Counted from the first letter of the stretch, positions 1-10,908 are shown. The stretch: 64,000 nucleotides of DNA from Acidobacteriota bacterium (GCA_965263035.1 OZ253580.1:3424001-3488000), one strand, 5' to 3'. Program-made: numbers and translations. The notes: a model not told the origin generated them from the sequence alone.

Positions 1-198
1 TCGGATCTGTTCCTATGACGCTCGAACGAGGGTAATCGTTAACTTTGTTCGTAGTCGCGGGCCCGCATTCGGCACGGCTTGAGCACGTTGCCCGCCTCGG
101 TCAGCGAACCCGAGTTGATTCGCCTCAACGAACCAGAACAACTGCGTCCGAACCCGTAGTTGGGGATTCAGGTGAGGACGCGTTACGATCAGCGACCG

Positions 199-966
199 AT
201 GGGAAACGCTACGTCACGGTTCCGAAGGTGGGTACTTTCCGCGGTGGCTGGTGTCGTGATTCTCGTAGTGGTTCTCGTGGCGATTGTTCTCGCCGTTTTC
301 CGTTTCGGCGCCTTGCCACTCGAAGACGGGACGATCTTGGGCGATGGCCGCGTCGAGGCCGTGGTGGAAGAATTGGGCCCGATAGCGATCGGGTCGTACT
401 TGATCGCCCTGGAGAACGGAGGCTACGCCCTGGTGGACGTCGGAATGGATTCGGAAGCCCGCGCGATTCTATCCGTCCTGCGGCGCCGTGGTGCCGAGGC
501 CCGGGAGGTGCAGTTCGTCTTTGTGACCCACGCTCACGGAGACCACATGGGCGGAATCCCGTCGTTCCCCAACGCCGAGGTCTATGCTCTCGAGGCCGAC
601 GCCGACGTCGTTCGTCGCAAGTATTCGCGAGCCGTCCGGGGGCTTGCGGACGGCGATGTGATAACGGCCGTGGGCACGACAGTGGAGGTTTTCGCGTTAC
701 CGGGCCACACGCCGGGCAGCGCCGCCTACTTGGTTTACGGCGTCCTCTTTCTGGGTGACAGCGCCGCCGCCGCGTACGATGGTTCGGTCCAGGCAAATTG
801 GCTTTTCTCCGAGGATTCCGAGTCGAACGAGGATTCGCTTGCCGCTCTGGCCCGCCGCCTGAAGGACAGAGCGACCGAGGTGCAGCAGATCGCGTTCGGC
901 CATCAAGGGCCGGTCGACGGTCTCGGGCCTCTTCTCAAGTGGGCATCCGATCGCGGGCTGCGGTAA
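199..966 (+). CDS. MBL-fold metallo-hydrolase with N-terminal membrane anchor
   Basis: THAHGDHMGG (HxHxDH), PGHTPGS, FLGD and GH motifs; hydrophobic N-terminal helix. Start ATG199 is preferred over TTG160. Confidence 0.85.
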   Translation: MGNATSRFRRWVLSAVAGVVILVVVLVAIVLAVFRFGALPLEDGTILGDGRVEAVVEELGPIAIGSYLIALENGGYALVDVGMDSEARAILSVLRRRGAEAREVQFVFVTHAHGDHMGGIPSFPNAEVYALEADADVVRRKYSRAVRGLADGDVITAVGTTVEVFALPGHTPGSAAYLVYGVLFLGDSAAAAYDGSVQANWLFSEDSESNEDSLAALARRLKDRATEVQQIAFGHQGPVDGLGPLLKWASDRGLR

Positions 967-1012
967 GGACCGCGATCGTAGCGAGCTCCCGAATTTTACC
1001 CCGCCAGACGCC

Positions 1013-1468
1013 TCAGCCCGCTCGCTCGCCGTTCTTGAAGGTGACTACTTCCTGGTTGCCGTCCTTGTCGCGAAGGACCCAGCGCCCGTGGATCCTCCCC
1101 TCTACGAAGGGGCCTTCATGGACGTTACCGGCCTCATCGAATGCAACCCAGTGGCCGTGCTGTTTTCCCTGGTGGAAGCGTCCTGTAGATTCCAGAATCC
1201 TATGGCCGCGGCCGGAGGACTCGATTAGGGTGTCCGATCCCTGGGCCAAGCCGCCGGCACACTCCCCCATCCAAGTCTTGGTCTCATCCGGGATGACGTA
1301 CGAGTCCCAGCCGTAGCATCCCGGCTGGTTGGACAACTCCATCCAACAGGACGCACCGATGGGTCTTCCATGGCACCGGTCCTCCTTGGACGGAAGTCCC
1401 TGTTCCCCAATCAGTCGAGGGACGTTAAAAAAGACGAGAACGGCAAGAAGCGAGAGGACTCTTGGCAT
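1013..1468 (-). CDS. Exported small protein with MORN-like repeats
   Basis: Signal-like N-terminus; GRFHQGKQHGHW and GPFVEGRIHGRW repeats; AGAGAGA upstream. Confidence 0.65.
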   Translation of the reverse strand: MPRVLSLLAVLVFFNVPRLIGEQGLPSKEDRCHGRPIGASCWMELSNQPGCYGWDSYVIPDETKTWMGECAGGLAQGSDTLIESSGRGHRILESTGRFHQGKQHGHWVAFDEAGNVHEGPFVEGRIHGRWVLRDKDGNQEVVTFKNGERAG

Positions 1469-1596
1469 GGTCTCTCTGCTGATTTCTCAGTTCGCTCGGG
1501 CGAGGTTTATTTAACTCCAATTGCAACAGGACCCCGAACCGGAAGGAGCTGTGCCAGTGTAAGTGATGGGGAGAGATTGTCCGGTCGTCAGGCCAT

Positions 1597-2934
1597 CTAC
1601 CCAGTTGTATTTTCGCCGGAAACGTCGGCACCCGGATGCTTCAGCTTCCGGATCGGCACCGTCAGCATGAGCAGTGCGGCCGCGAGCGGAAGGGTGCCGA
1701 TCAGCCAGAACACGAGGCTGTAGAGCTGGAGGTCGATGAAACGGCCGATCAGGGTCTGAACAACGACGGCGCCGATGGTGCCGGCGCATCCCGCCATGCC
1801 GAACAAGGTGCCCACCGAATGGGCCTCCGTCAGGTCGGTGGCCACGGTCTGGACGTTCACCGACCAGATCGCGAAAGCGCAGAAGACGACAGACATCAGG
1901 AAGATGATCAGATAGGGATTGGAAACGCTGTTGACCAGGATTCCCAGCGGCACCACCAAGGTGCCTCCCAACATGCATATCTTTCGGGTTTTTGGGATTC
2001 CCAGGTTGCGCCGGATGAGCAAGGTGGAAATCCAGCCGCCCAGCAGCAGACCCAGATCACTGGCCAGGAACGGGATCCAGAGCAGCCCGCCGATCATCTC
2101 CATGCTGAAGCCCCGCTCCCGCATCAGGTACTCCGGCATCCAGAAGAGGTAGAAGTACCAGGTGCCGTCGGCCAGGGAGCGGGCTGCCAGCAGCGTCCAG
2201 ACCCCGCGATAGCGCAGGAAATCCCGGACCCTCAGCCTTTGACCGGTGTCGTCTTGGATCGCATTGGCCGATTCCTGGAGGTATTCCTGCTCCTCTTCCG
2301 TCAACCGAGGATGCTCTTCCGGTTTTCGATAGATGAAGGTCCAGGGTAGCAACAGCAGAAATCCCAGCAGTCCCGTGATCAGGAACATGGCGCGCCAACC
2401 GACATTCAAGGTGAGCCAACTCACCACCGGCGGACCCAGAAGCGCACCGATGCCCAGACCCAGCAGCATGATGCTGATGGGCTTGCCGCGGTCGCGGGGG
2501 TGGAACCACTCCGATATGGCCTTGACGCCGGTGGGGAAGAATCCCGCTTCGCCCAGGCCCAGCAGAAAACGGAAGGCACAGAGGGAGTAGAGCCCCTGAG
2601 TCAGGGTGTGGAGGCACGCGGCGATGGACCACCAGGTGACGGTCGCGTAGTAGCTGACGCGTGTCCCGAGGAGGTCGGCCAGCTTGCCGCCGAAACCATA
2701 GGAAAAGGTGTACGCGACCAGAAAGACGTTCACCACGAGCGCGTAGTCGCTGGCGCTCAGTCCGAATTCATCCCGGATCATGGGAGCCACGATGGACAGG
2801 GTGATGCGGTCCAGGTAATTGACCACGCTGCCCACGAACAGCATCCCCACGATCCACCAGCGGACCGGAAGTCGCCGCCGAACGGGTGTCCCGGGAGGTC
2901 CGTGAGACGCGAGATTTCCGTCTGTCAGTTGCAT
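1597..2934 (-). CDS. MFS transporter, hexuronate (ExuT)/anion:cation symporter-like
   Basis: VNYLDR, GKLADLLGTR motif A, RFLLGLGEAGFFP, WFHPRDRG; about 12 hydrophobic segments. Confidence 0.9.
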   Translation of the reverse strand: MQLTDGNLASHGPPGTPVRRRLPVRWWIVGMLFVGSVVNYLDRITLSIVAPMIRDEFGLSASDYALVVNVFLVAYTFSYGFGGKLADLLGTRVSYYATVTWWSIAACLHTLTQGLYSLCAFRFLLGLGEAGFFPTGVKAISEWFHPRDRGKPISIMLLGLGIGALLGPPVVSWLTLNVGWRAMFLITGLLGFLLLLPWTFIYRKPEEHPRLTEEEQEYLQESANAIQDDTGQRLRVRDFLRYRGVWTLLAARSLADGTWYFYLFWMPEYLMRERGFSMEMIGGLLWIPFLASDLGLLLGGWISTLLIRRNLGIPKTRKICMLGGTLVVPLGILVNSVSNPYLIIFLMSVVFCAFAIWSVNVQTVATDLTEAHSVGTLFGMAGCAGTIGAVVVQTLIGRFIDLQLYSLVFWLIGTLPLAAALLMLTVPIRKLKHPGADVSGENTTG

Positions 2935-2943
2935 GAAGTGTCC

Positions 2944-4764
2944 TTAATTGGTTCTTCTCTTGCGCATTGCGGTCAGGGCTTCCCGCGCGGCTTCTGCCTC
3001 CCGGGCCATGCCCAATTGACGGTACGCGTCGACCAGAACGGCGAGGGCCTGCATCGCCGGCGGTGATGACTGCTCCAGCCGCACGACTTCCTTCAAGTGG
3101 GTCACGGCATCCTCCCGCCGGCCCGCGTCCAGATAGGCTCGGGCGGCGATCTGGTGCGCCCGTGACTCCGCCCCAACTCCCGTTCCCGCCAACAGCTTCG
3201 CCCGGCGCCAGACCGAATCCCGGTCGGAGAGTTGGACGTACGCATGCAGAAGAGCCCGGTTCGCATCCGGGGTGTCTGCCGGTACCTGGAGCAGATGGCT
3301 CTCGAGTTCCTTCGCAGACTCCTGAAATCGGCCCAATGCCAACCAAGTGAGTCCGAGCCAATAGCTCAACTGGGGGGTGTCGGGCGCCAGCTGCCTCGTC
3401 TTTCGCAACGAGGACAGCGCGCCTTCGAATTGGGAGGTGAGATAGAGGTCCATTCCCAGAAAATAGTGAGCCGCCGGCTGTCTGGGGTCCAGACGGATTG
3501 CGGTCCGAAGCCGGTCGATCGCCGCGTCCAATCGATTCAGATCATGGAGGAGCAGGCCCAGATTCATCTGTGCTTCCGCGAAACCGGGCGCCTCACGTAC
3601 GACTTCCAGGTAGGCGGCCTCCGCTTGGGTGTGATCCCCCTGCTTGTGGGCCTCGACCCCGCGGCGAAACGTCTGGAGGACGGGACTGTCCGGGTCCAGA
3701 CGCCGAACCTCATCGGTGCCGGCGTCTCGAATCAGCAGGCCTTCCGCGGGTCTTGCCGCGGCTTGGCGAAGTTCCTCCGCCCGGCCAAGTTCCTCTCGAG
3801 CCTTCTCGATCTCGCCGGTCTGACTGTACAAGAGCCCCAGGGTGTAGTGGGCCTGGCGGTAATCCGGGTCCAGACTGATGCTGCGCGTAAGTAAGCCTTC
3901 CGCCTGTTGCAACCGGCCGTCCTTCAGAGCCAGGCGCCCCAGGGCCGCAAGTGCTCTGGCATGGTTGGGACGCATCCTGACGATCTCGCGATAGATCTCT
4001 TCCGCCCTCCCCAGATCTCCTTCGGTCTCGCTGATCTTGGCCAGGTAGAATCTGGAGTTGGCGGAATTGGGAGCCAGGTCGAGACTTCGGCGAAGATGCT
4101 TCGCGGCCTCGTCGAAACGTCCCGCCTCGAACAAGTAGTACCCGAGGGAGAAATGGGTCTGACCGTTGGAGTCTTTCCCCACGGCTTCTTGCAGGATGTC
4201 CAGGGCGCCCTGGACGTCGCCTCTCGCATGGAGGCAAGCCGCCAGCAGCGTGGCGTGCGGCTGGTCCAGCCGGTCCGGGTCCTGAATCCGGCGGAGAGCC
4301 TGGATCGCTTCCTGGTAGAGACCTCTTCCGTACGCTTCTTTGGCCAGTTCATACAGGATGGGGTCCGTGGTCTCCGCTTTCAGGGCTCTGAAGAAATAGG
4401 AGTCCGACTCCTCCCGGTTGCCGAGCGACTGCTTGGCTCGCCAAAACCAGAAGAGTGCCTCACCGGACTCGGGAACTCGTTTTAGCGCGTTCTCCAGCGG
4501 AACAACCGCTTCGCCGGGCTGGCCGGTCTCGAGCAGGGTCCGCCCCAGGAGAATGAGCGCCCCAGCGTTCTGCGGCTCCTGCTTCAACAGGCCCTCCAGA
4601 ATCGATCGGGCCTGGAAGAGGTCGCCCCGTGCGAGCGCCGTCCGGGCCTCCCCCAGGCGGTCGCTCGGAGGCGATGGGGAAGGGAAGGCGCGTTGCCCAG
4701 GCCAGAACAGGAGTCCGGCCAGAATCAGAAGGGATGAGGCTCGACGAACCGAAAGGCTTGGCAT
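2944..4764 (-). CDS. Exported tetratricopeptide repeat protein
   Basis: Signal peptide followed by many TPR-like helices (e.g. AHYTLGLLYSQTGEIEKA, AQMNLGLLL). Confidence 0.88.
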   Translation of the reverse strand: MPSLSVRRASSLLILAGLLFWPGQRAFPSPSPPSDRLGEARTALARGDLFQARSILEGLLKQEPQNAGALILLGRTLLETGQPGEAVVPLENALKRVPESGEALFWFWRAKQSLGNREESDSYFFRALKAETTDPILYELAKEAYGRGLYQEAIQALRRIQDPDRLDQPHATLLAACLHARGDVQGALDILQEAVGKDSNGQTHFSLGYYLFEAGRFDEAAKHLRRSLDLAPNSANSRFYLAKISETEGDLGRAEEIYREIVRMRPNHARALAALGRLALKDGRLQQAEGLLTRSISLDPDYRQAHYTLGLLYSQTGEIEKAREELGRAEELRQAAARPAEGLLIRDAGTDEVRRLDPDSPVLQTFRRGVEAHKQGDHTQAEAAYLEVVREAPGFAEAQMNLGLLLHDLNRLDAAIDRLRTAIRLDPRQPAAHYFLGMDLYLTSQFEGALSSLRKTRQLAPDTPQLSYWLGLTWLALGRFQESAKELESHLLQVPADTPDANRALLHAYVQLSDRDSVWRRAKLLAGTGVGAESRAHQIAARAYLDAGRREDAVTHLKEVVRLEQSSPPAMQALAVLVDAYRQLGMAREAEAAREALTAMRKRRTN

Positions 4765-4921
4765 CCTTTACCGTGGCGATCCGAGCCAGTCTACTACGGG
4801 GACCCGGTCCGTCCCACCGGACGCCGGGAAATCCTGGTCCGGACCGCAGTCCAGTTTTGTCGGGTCCGGTTATTATTGCAACGGTCGCGGCCGGTCACAG
4901 ACCGGCGTGAACGGACGTCTC

Positions 4922-6622
4922 ATGTTTCTTCTCGGTATCTGGACACGCACGCTACTGCTCCTGTTCGCCAGCGGCGGAATTTCTCTTCTCGCTGAAGAGG
5001 GTCCCTCTCCCGGCTGGCCGGTATTCACCGATGTTTCGGAAGCTGCCGGGGTCCCGTTTGTCCACCGCTCATCCGCCACGCCGAAGAAGTTCCTGCTGGA
5101 GACCATGGGTTCGGGAGTCGCACTGCTGGATTACGACGGGGACGGGCTCCTGGACATCTACCTGCTGAACGGGGCCAAGCTGACCCCCGGCATGGTCCCG
5201 GGATCGATTCCGGAAAAATCCACGTCCGACTACTGGAACCGGCTCTATGGAAACAACGGCAACGGGAGCTTCCGCGATACCACCGAAGAGGCCGGGGTGG
5301 GCGGCCGCGGCTATGCCATGGGCGTGGCCGTCGGGGACTACGACAACGACGGCCGGCCCGATCTCTACGTCACCAACTTCCCCTCGAACCAGCTCCTTCA
5401 CAACCAGGGCGACGGGACTTTTCGGGACGTGAGCAAGGCGGCCGGCGTCAGCGGCGGCGGCTGGTCCAGCAGCGCCGGATTCTTCGACTACGACGGCGAT
5501 GGAGACTTGGACCTGTTCGTCTGCCGCTATATGCAGTGGGATTTCGACGACATCTTCTGCGGCCGTTCCGATCTCCGCGCCTATTGCGACCCCAAACACT
5601 TCCCCGCCATTTCCAACTTGCTCTATCGGAACGACGGGGACGGAACCTTTACCGACGTGACGCAGAGCAGCGGTGTCGGTGCCCACCCGAGCAAGGGCCT
5701 CGGGGTTGCCTTCAACGATTTCGACCGGGACGGCCGGCCGGACATCGTCGTGGCCAACGACGGGGTGCCGCAATCCCTGTTCCTGAATCAGGGAAACGGC
5801 GCCTTTCGGCAGGAGGCTTTGCTCAAGGGCCTGGCTTTCGATGAAGACGGCAATACCTTCGCCGGGATGGGCGTCGACTTCCAGGACTACGACCAGGATG
5901 GTTGGCCCGACGTGCTCATCACGACGCTTTCGCTGGAAACCTACGCCCTTTTTCGCAATCTCTCGGGCCGGGCCTTCGACTACGTTTCCAAGCGCTCGGG
6001 CGTGGCCGGAGCCACCCGGCTCTATTCGGGCTGGGGAACTTTCTTCTTCGACGCGGACAACGACGGCCGGAAGGACATCTTCGTAGCTCAAGGGCACGTC
6101 ATGGACACCATTGAGTCCACCAACTCGACCCTGAGCTATCTCCAGCCGCCCCTGCTGCTCCGGAACCGGGCCAATGTCTTCGAAGATGTCTCAGCCGAAA
6201 GCGGCCGCCCCTTTGGAAACTCCCATGCCGGCCGGGGATCCGCTTTCGGAGATCTGGACAACGACGGCGATCTGGATCTGATGATCGTCAACATGGACCG
6301 TAGAGTCCAGATTCTCCGGAACGAAACCGCCGGGGCCAATTGGATCAGTTTCCGCCTAAAGGGGAGACGGTCGAATTCCGAAGGGATCGGCGCCGAGATC
6401 CGGATCACACTGGACTCAGGGGATCGCCAATTTGCCCGGGTCTCCCGCGTCTCCAGCTATCTCTCCTCCAACGACGTGCGATGCCACTTCGGCCTGTCGG
6501 GCCATTCGTCCATCCAGGAAGTCAGGATCACCTGGCCCAGTGGAGTCGTGCAGATGCTCCGATCGATCGGCGCAAATCAATTCCTGGAGATCGAGGAACC
6601 AGTGAGTGAGGATCAAGAATGA
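4922..6622 (+). CDS. CRTAC1 family protein (FG-GAP/VCBS repeats + ASPIC/UnbV C-terminal domain)
   Basis: Repeated DYDxDGxxD motifs, ETMGSGVALLD, C-terminal SYLSSND..HFGL..WPSG. ATG4922 gives a signal peptide; the ORF-track extension to 4418 overlaps the divergent TPR gene. Confidence 0.92.
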   Translation: MFLLGIWTRTLLLLFASGGISLLAEEGPSPGWPVFTDVSEAAGVPFVHRSSATPKKFLLETMGSGVALLDYDGDGLLDIYLLNGAKLTPGMVPGSIPEKSTSDYWNRLYGNNGNGSFRDTTEEAGVGGRGYAMGVAVGDYDNDGRPDLYVTNFPSNQLLHNQGDGTFRDVSKAAGVSGGGWSSSAGFFDYDGDGDLDLFVCRYMQWDFDDIFCGRSDLRAYCDPKHFPAISNLLYRNDGDGTFTDVTQSSGVGAHPSKGLGVAFNDFDRDGRPDIVVANDGVPQSLFLNQGNGAFRQEALLKGLAFDEDGNTFAGMGVDFQDYDQDGWPDVLITTLSLETYALFRNLSGRAFDYVSKRSGVAGATRLYSGWGTFFFDADNDGRKDIFVAQGHVMDTIESTNSTLSYLQPPLLLRNRANVFEDVSAESGRPFGNSHAGRGSAFGDLDNDGDLDLMIVNMDRRVQILRNETAGANWISFRLKGRRSNSEGIGAEIRITLDSGDRQFARVSRVSSYLSSNDVRCHFGLSGHSSIQEVRITWPSGVVQMLRSIGANQFLEIEEPVSEDQE

Positions 6623-6665
6623 CGTGCCGCGGGAAGTCGATACCCAATTCCGCGGGGAGAAGGAC

Positions 6666-7892
6666 ATGATCGACGGTCCGCAAGAGTCCCTGAGGCCGAC
6701 CCGGCTGCGAGAAAGGATCCGCTCGCTGGATCTGCTGCGCGGGTTCGCCCTGCTGGGCATTCTGATCATGAACATTCAGTTTTTCTCGATGGTCGGAGCC
6801 GCCTACTTCAACCCCATGGCATTTGGGGATCTGAGCGGCAGTAATGGCTGGGTCTACATTTTGAGTCATGCATTGGCCGATCAGAAGTTCATGACACTGT
6901 TCACGATGCTCTTTGGCGCCGGCATTGTGTTGATGACCTCACGGGCGGAATCCCGCGGGGCGAGCGCCGCGGTCATTCACTATCGGAGGACGTTCATTCT
7001 GTTGGTGTTCGGGCTCCTGCACGCTTATCTGCTGTGGGCTGGCGACGTGCTGGTCTCCTATGCACTCTGCGCGTTGGTGGTCTTCCCATTTCGCAAACTG
7101 TCTCCCAAAACGCTGTTGACATTGGGCCTGGGGAGTGTGCTGATCGGGTCCATCATTTTTCTGTTCATCGGTCTGTCGTTGGGGTATATCCCGCGCGACG
7201 ACATAGCCGAGATGATGAACAACTGGAAGCCGTCCGCGGAACTGGTGCAAGAGGAAGTGACGGTTTACCGGTCGGGGTGGTTGAAACAGATGGAGAAACG
7301 AGTCGACATGGCACTCGCCATCCAAACCAAAGCGTTTCTGATATGGGGACTCTGGCGAATCGGGGGACTGATGCTGGTTGGGATGGCACTTTTCAAGTGG
7401 GGTGTCCTGACGGCCGCCCGCTCGAGTCGTTTCTACTTCGGTCTGGCCGCCACGGGTCTGACCCTGGGGTGGGCCCTGGCGAGCTACGGACTGGTTCGCA
7501 ATTTTGCCAGGAACTGGTCGCTGGACTGCCAATTCATCGGCAGTCAGTACAACTATTGGGGAAGCATTCTGGTGAGCTTGGGCTACCTCAGCCTGGTGAT
7601 GTTGATTTGCAGATCACAGATAGGGGGACGTCTCTTGCGCGCCATTTCGGCGGTCGGACGCACGGCGTTGAGCAATTATCTGCTGCAGACTATCCTCTGT
7701 ACGACGCTGTTTTACGGACACGGCTTCGGACTCTTCGGGAGCGTGGAGAGAACGGGGCAGGCGGCCATCGTCTTGGCCGTCTGGATCGTTCAACTCATCG
7801 CCTCCTCGTGGTGGATCAAGCGGTTTCGTTACGGGCCTATGGAATGGGTGTGGCGCTCTCTGACCTATTGGCAACTCCAACCCATCCGATAG
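6666..7892 (+). CDS. DUF418 (YeiB-like) membrane protein
   Basis: RIRSLDLLRGFALLGILIMNI, LFGAG, GRTALSNYLLQ, RYGPMEWVWR; GGAGAAGG upstream of ATG6666. Confidence 0.9.
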   Translation: MIDGPQESLRPTRLRERIRSLDLLRGFALLGILIMNIQFFSMVGAAYFNPMAFGDLSGSNGWVYILSHALADQKFMTLFTMLFGAGIVLMTSRAESRGASAAVIHYRRTFILLVFGLLHAYLLWAGDVLVSYALCALVVFPFRKLSPKTLLTLGLGSVLIGSIIFLFIGLSLGYIPRDDIAEMMNNWKPSAELVQEEVTVYRSGWLKQMEKRVDMALAIQTKAFLIWGLWRIGGLMLVGMALFKWGVLTAARSSRFYFGLAATGLTLGWALASYGLVRNFARNWSLDCQFIGSQYNYWGSILVSLGYLSLVMLICRSQIGGRLLRAISAVGRTALSNYLLQTILCTTLFYGHGFGLFGSVERTGQAAIVLAVWIVQLIASSWWIKRFRYGPMEWVWRSLTYWQLQPIR

Positions 7893-7922
7893 GGACCGAT
7901 CCGCAGATTGGCGGAATTCCGT

Positions 7923-9554
7923 TCACCGCTTCAGCAGTTCATCCAGCGACAGCTTTTCGAAGACGACGTCCGCCTGGCTTCCCTCATACACGATCCCCAC
8001 GTGCCGGTCGTCGACCCGTGCGATGCTGGGGTAGCCGCGCCCGCGGCCCACGTCCAGCAGAATCTGGTAGTCCTCGGGCCAGGTCATGCCGTCATCGAAG
8101 CTGACCTTGATGGTGTGGTGATGCCGGCCGTCGGTGGCGTTCGGATTGGCGAATAGCAGGATGTGTTTCGACTCACCATCTTCCTGGTAGTCGAAACGGA
8201 AGAGACTGGCGTTGCAGTTCGGTTCAATCAACGCCTTGCGGTCGGTTTCGTGCGGCGTCCAGGTTTGACCCAGATCGCGGGTCAAATAGACGGCCCGGTA
8301 GGGATCCGGCTTGTCATTGCGCATGTTCAGCATGATGGATCCGTCGCCGAGTTCCACCGCCAGGGTTTCATTGCCTCCACTGAAGGACGGATTGCTCACC
8401 GTCCAGGTGGCGCCATGGTCGCGGCTGTAGGTGATATTGCCAAAGGGGTATCCGGTCTCGTCACGCCCCTGAGTCGGCATGATGAGGGTGCCGTCCGAAA
8501 GAGTGATCCCCCGGTTCGGCGCCGGCGCGAAGAGCCACCATTCCGATTTCTTCAGTTTGCGGGTGAGGTTTTCCGGCTCGGTCCAAGTCAGGCCATCGTC
8601 CCGGGAGCGGACCATCAGGAACTGGGCGGTCGTGCCGATTTCGTATCCCGGCTCGGAGCCATCTTCGCGCCATTGGTGTTTGCCCGGTTTGCCCCACATC
8701 CAGACGGCGGTGACGAAGATCTCCCCGGTGTTCTCGTCCACGAGAATGCCGGGGTCGCTGACCCCGTTCTCCTCCTGGGGCAACCCGCCCCATTCCCCCA
8801 TGTCCATGATCGCCCGCTGTGGCTCCCAGGTCCGGCCGCCGTCCGTGCTGCGGGTCAGCCCGATGTCGATGTCTTCCTGCAAGTCTCTCGACTTGCGCCA
8901 CCGCATATCGTAGACGCACAGAAGGGTGCCCTTGGGCGTCGTGGCCAGTGCCGGGATGCGGTAGGTGTGGACCCCGTCGTCCATGTGTTTGCGCAGGGCC
9001 ACGCCGATCCGTTTGCGGACGCCGGGAGTCGTGTCCGTGGGGATCAGCACTCCCGGTGGAATCAGCACTCCTGCGGAGGTTTCGACGGACGTACAGACGG
9101 CATCGGTTCGGTGTCCCAAACCGGCATTTGGCCGCAACCGGACGGAAAGCCAAAAGACATTCTTCCCTGGCGACAATTCCTGATTTCCGGTGAAGACGAC
9201 TTCGTCAGCCGGGCGAGCAGGATCGCCGAATCTGTTCGTGGCCCCGAATTCCTCCTGGTCACCCGAGTAGAACAACTCGAGGGATTCAATGTCGTTCGGA
9301 TCGTCGGTGCCGGTGAGCGTAAAGTGAAATGATTCGGCGGTGTAGCCGGCGCCCTGCGTTTCGATTGATACGCGCAGCAACGGGTTGTGTTCATTTCGGA
9401 TCAGCACCGGATGCACCCGTTGGGAAGCGGTGATTTCCAGGCCGCCGAGGAACATTCCGCTGCATCCAACGAGAGTCAGCAGGAGCAGGATGGAAGCCGC
9501 ATGTCCCATCGCGATCAGACGAGTCGGTTTCGGAAATCCTCTTCCGGTTTTCAT
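7923..9554 (-). CDS. Exo-alpha-sialidase (GH33) with N-terminal beta-sandwich domain, probable lipoprotein
   Basis: YRIP motif; Asp-boxes STDGGRTW, SRDDGLTW, SRDHGATW, TRDLGQTW, SFDDGMTW; LVGC lipobox; GGAGGAG RBS before ATG9554. Confidence 0.9.
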   Translation of the reverse strand: MKTGRGFPKPTRLIAMGHAASILLLLTLVGCSGMFLGGLEITASQRVHPVLIRNEHNPLLRVSIETQGAGYTAESFHFTLTGTDDPNDIESLELFYSGDQEEFGATNRFGDPARPADEVVFTGNQELSPGKNVFWLSVRLRPNAGLGHRTDAVCTSVETSAGVLIPPGVLIPTDTTPGVRKRIGVALRKHMDDGVHTYRIPALATTPKGTLLCVYDMRWRKSRDLQEDIDIGLTRSTDGGRTWEPQRAIMDMGEWGGLPQEENGVSDPGILVDENTGEIFVTAVWMWGKPGKHQWREDGSEPGYEIGTTAQFLMVRSRDDGLTWTEPENLTRKLKKSEWWLFAPAPNRGITLSDGTLIMPTQGRDETGYPFGNITYSRDHGATWTVSNPSFSGGNETLAVELGDGSIMLNMRNDKPDPYRAVYLTRDLGQTWTPHETDRKALIEPNCNASLFRFDYQEDGESKHILLFANPNATDGRHHHTIKVSFDDGMTWPEDYQILLDVGRGRGYPSIARVDDRHVGIVYEGSQADVVFEKLSLDELLKR

Positions 9555-9677
9555 AGGTTCTCCTCCATTGGCCGGGTCGGGCCTGGGTCCGCAGGGAGAC
9601 GATTCTACTCCCATCGCGGCCGCTCCTCCCGAGTCCTGCCCCTGGCTTGGGAACGAGGCCCAACCCGGAAGGCTCGG

Positions 9678-10691
9678 TCAGAGGCGGATCCTGGCCAAGT
9701 AGATGCTGGTCTTGCCCTCATGGGAAGAGTAGTAGCTGATCCAGAGAAGTCCCTGATACCAGACCATCCCCGCGTAGCTCGTGTCGCCACCGCTGGGCAG
9801 CTTGAGCACAGGTTCGTAGCCCGTCAAGGTCAATCTGGCCAGGACGGTGAAGGGCTCCCCCTGGGTCCAGGCTCCGATCACCGGCGTTCCGGGCGGATAC
9901 CCCCGGGACGCGGCCCACAATGATCCGTCCGGTATCCGAATGAAATTGGGACCTCCCAGACGATGTTCCAGCTTGTGAAACGTCCATTCCCGGTAGGGTG
10001 GCGGGCTGCTTCCAACCCAACCCGGCCGGATCAGAGCCACCATCCGGTCGTCCGGCAGGAAACGGACGGTGGTTTCGCTGGGAGCCGTCTTTCGAGCCTC
10101 GGGCGTCAGGCCGGGCAGCTTGAATTCCGTGATCCAGTTCCACTCGATCCCGTCGGTCGTCCAGTAAAGGAACGCACGTCGAGGAGTAGGGGTCTCCCCC
10201 AATTTGGAAACGCCGTAGCCCCGCCCTTTGTGCCAGGTCACGCGCCACACCCAATGGTCCTCCGCCAATACACGGCGGGGCGATGACCAGTCGAATCCGT
10301 TCCCGGACAAGGCCACCCGGGGTGCCCGGGTCAGGTACCGGTCCCCGTCGTAAAGGCTGCCACCGGAGACCAGCCGGAGGCGTCCGTCCGCCATCACCGA
10401 CAATTTGGGATCCCTCAGATCCACACCCTCTTCAGTCAACAAAGCGGCCGATATCCATCCTTCGCCATCCTCGGAAACGAGCACGCGCAACTGGCCGCGC
10501 CGGCCTCCCGCATGCCGCTCTCCCTCCCGGAAGGTGCAGAACCATTTTCCCTGAAAGCGGACCAGATCGGTGAAGGCGTTATGAGGCGCCCGGTCCCAGA
10601 TCTTCCGGACCGATATGATCTCCGGCGAACTGGCGGTCGCTACCGCAGCGCCAACCCAGCAGAAAAGAAGCATGAGGAGAACAGGCGGCAT
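9678..10691 (-). CDS. Exported sialidase-like/beta-propeller glycoside hydrolase-like protein
   Basis: Signal peptide; APHNAFTDL, FREGERH, SEDGEGW, DLRDPKL, LPSGGDTSYAG, YYSSHEGK motifs. Confidence 0.75.
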   Translation of the reverse strand: MPPVLLMLLFCWVGAAVATASSPEIISVRKIWDRAPHNAFTDLVRFQGKWFCTFREGERHAGGRRGQLRVLVSEDGEGWISAALLTEEGVDLRDPKLSVMADGRLRLVSGGSLYDGDRYLTRAPRVALSGNGFDWSSPRRVLAEDHWVWRVTWHKGRGYGVSKLGETPTPRRAFLYWTTDGIEWNWITEFKLPGLTPEARKTAPSETTVRFLPDDRMVALIRPGWVGSSPPPYREWTFHKLEHRLGGPNFIRIPDGSLWAASRGYPPGTPVIGAWTQGEPFTVLARLTLTGYEPVLKLPSGGDTSYAGMVWYQGLLWISYYSSHEGKTSIYLARIRL

Positions 10692-10908
10692 CTCTCGCTC
10701 CGTCTGACAGAAAGAATTTTCTCGGCTCGGAACGTTTCATACTAATCTAGCACTGCAAAATAGCGTCCGCCAGAGCGTCCGCTATGATGCTGCCAACAGC
10801 TTCGAAACAATCACGATTTGGAAGTCATTCACGGTGGATACGTAGTCGGTAGAGAATCACACTAGTATGGAGGGCGGTATGCTGGAGTGGTGGCCGTTGT
10901 TGCTAGCC

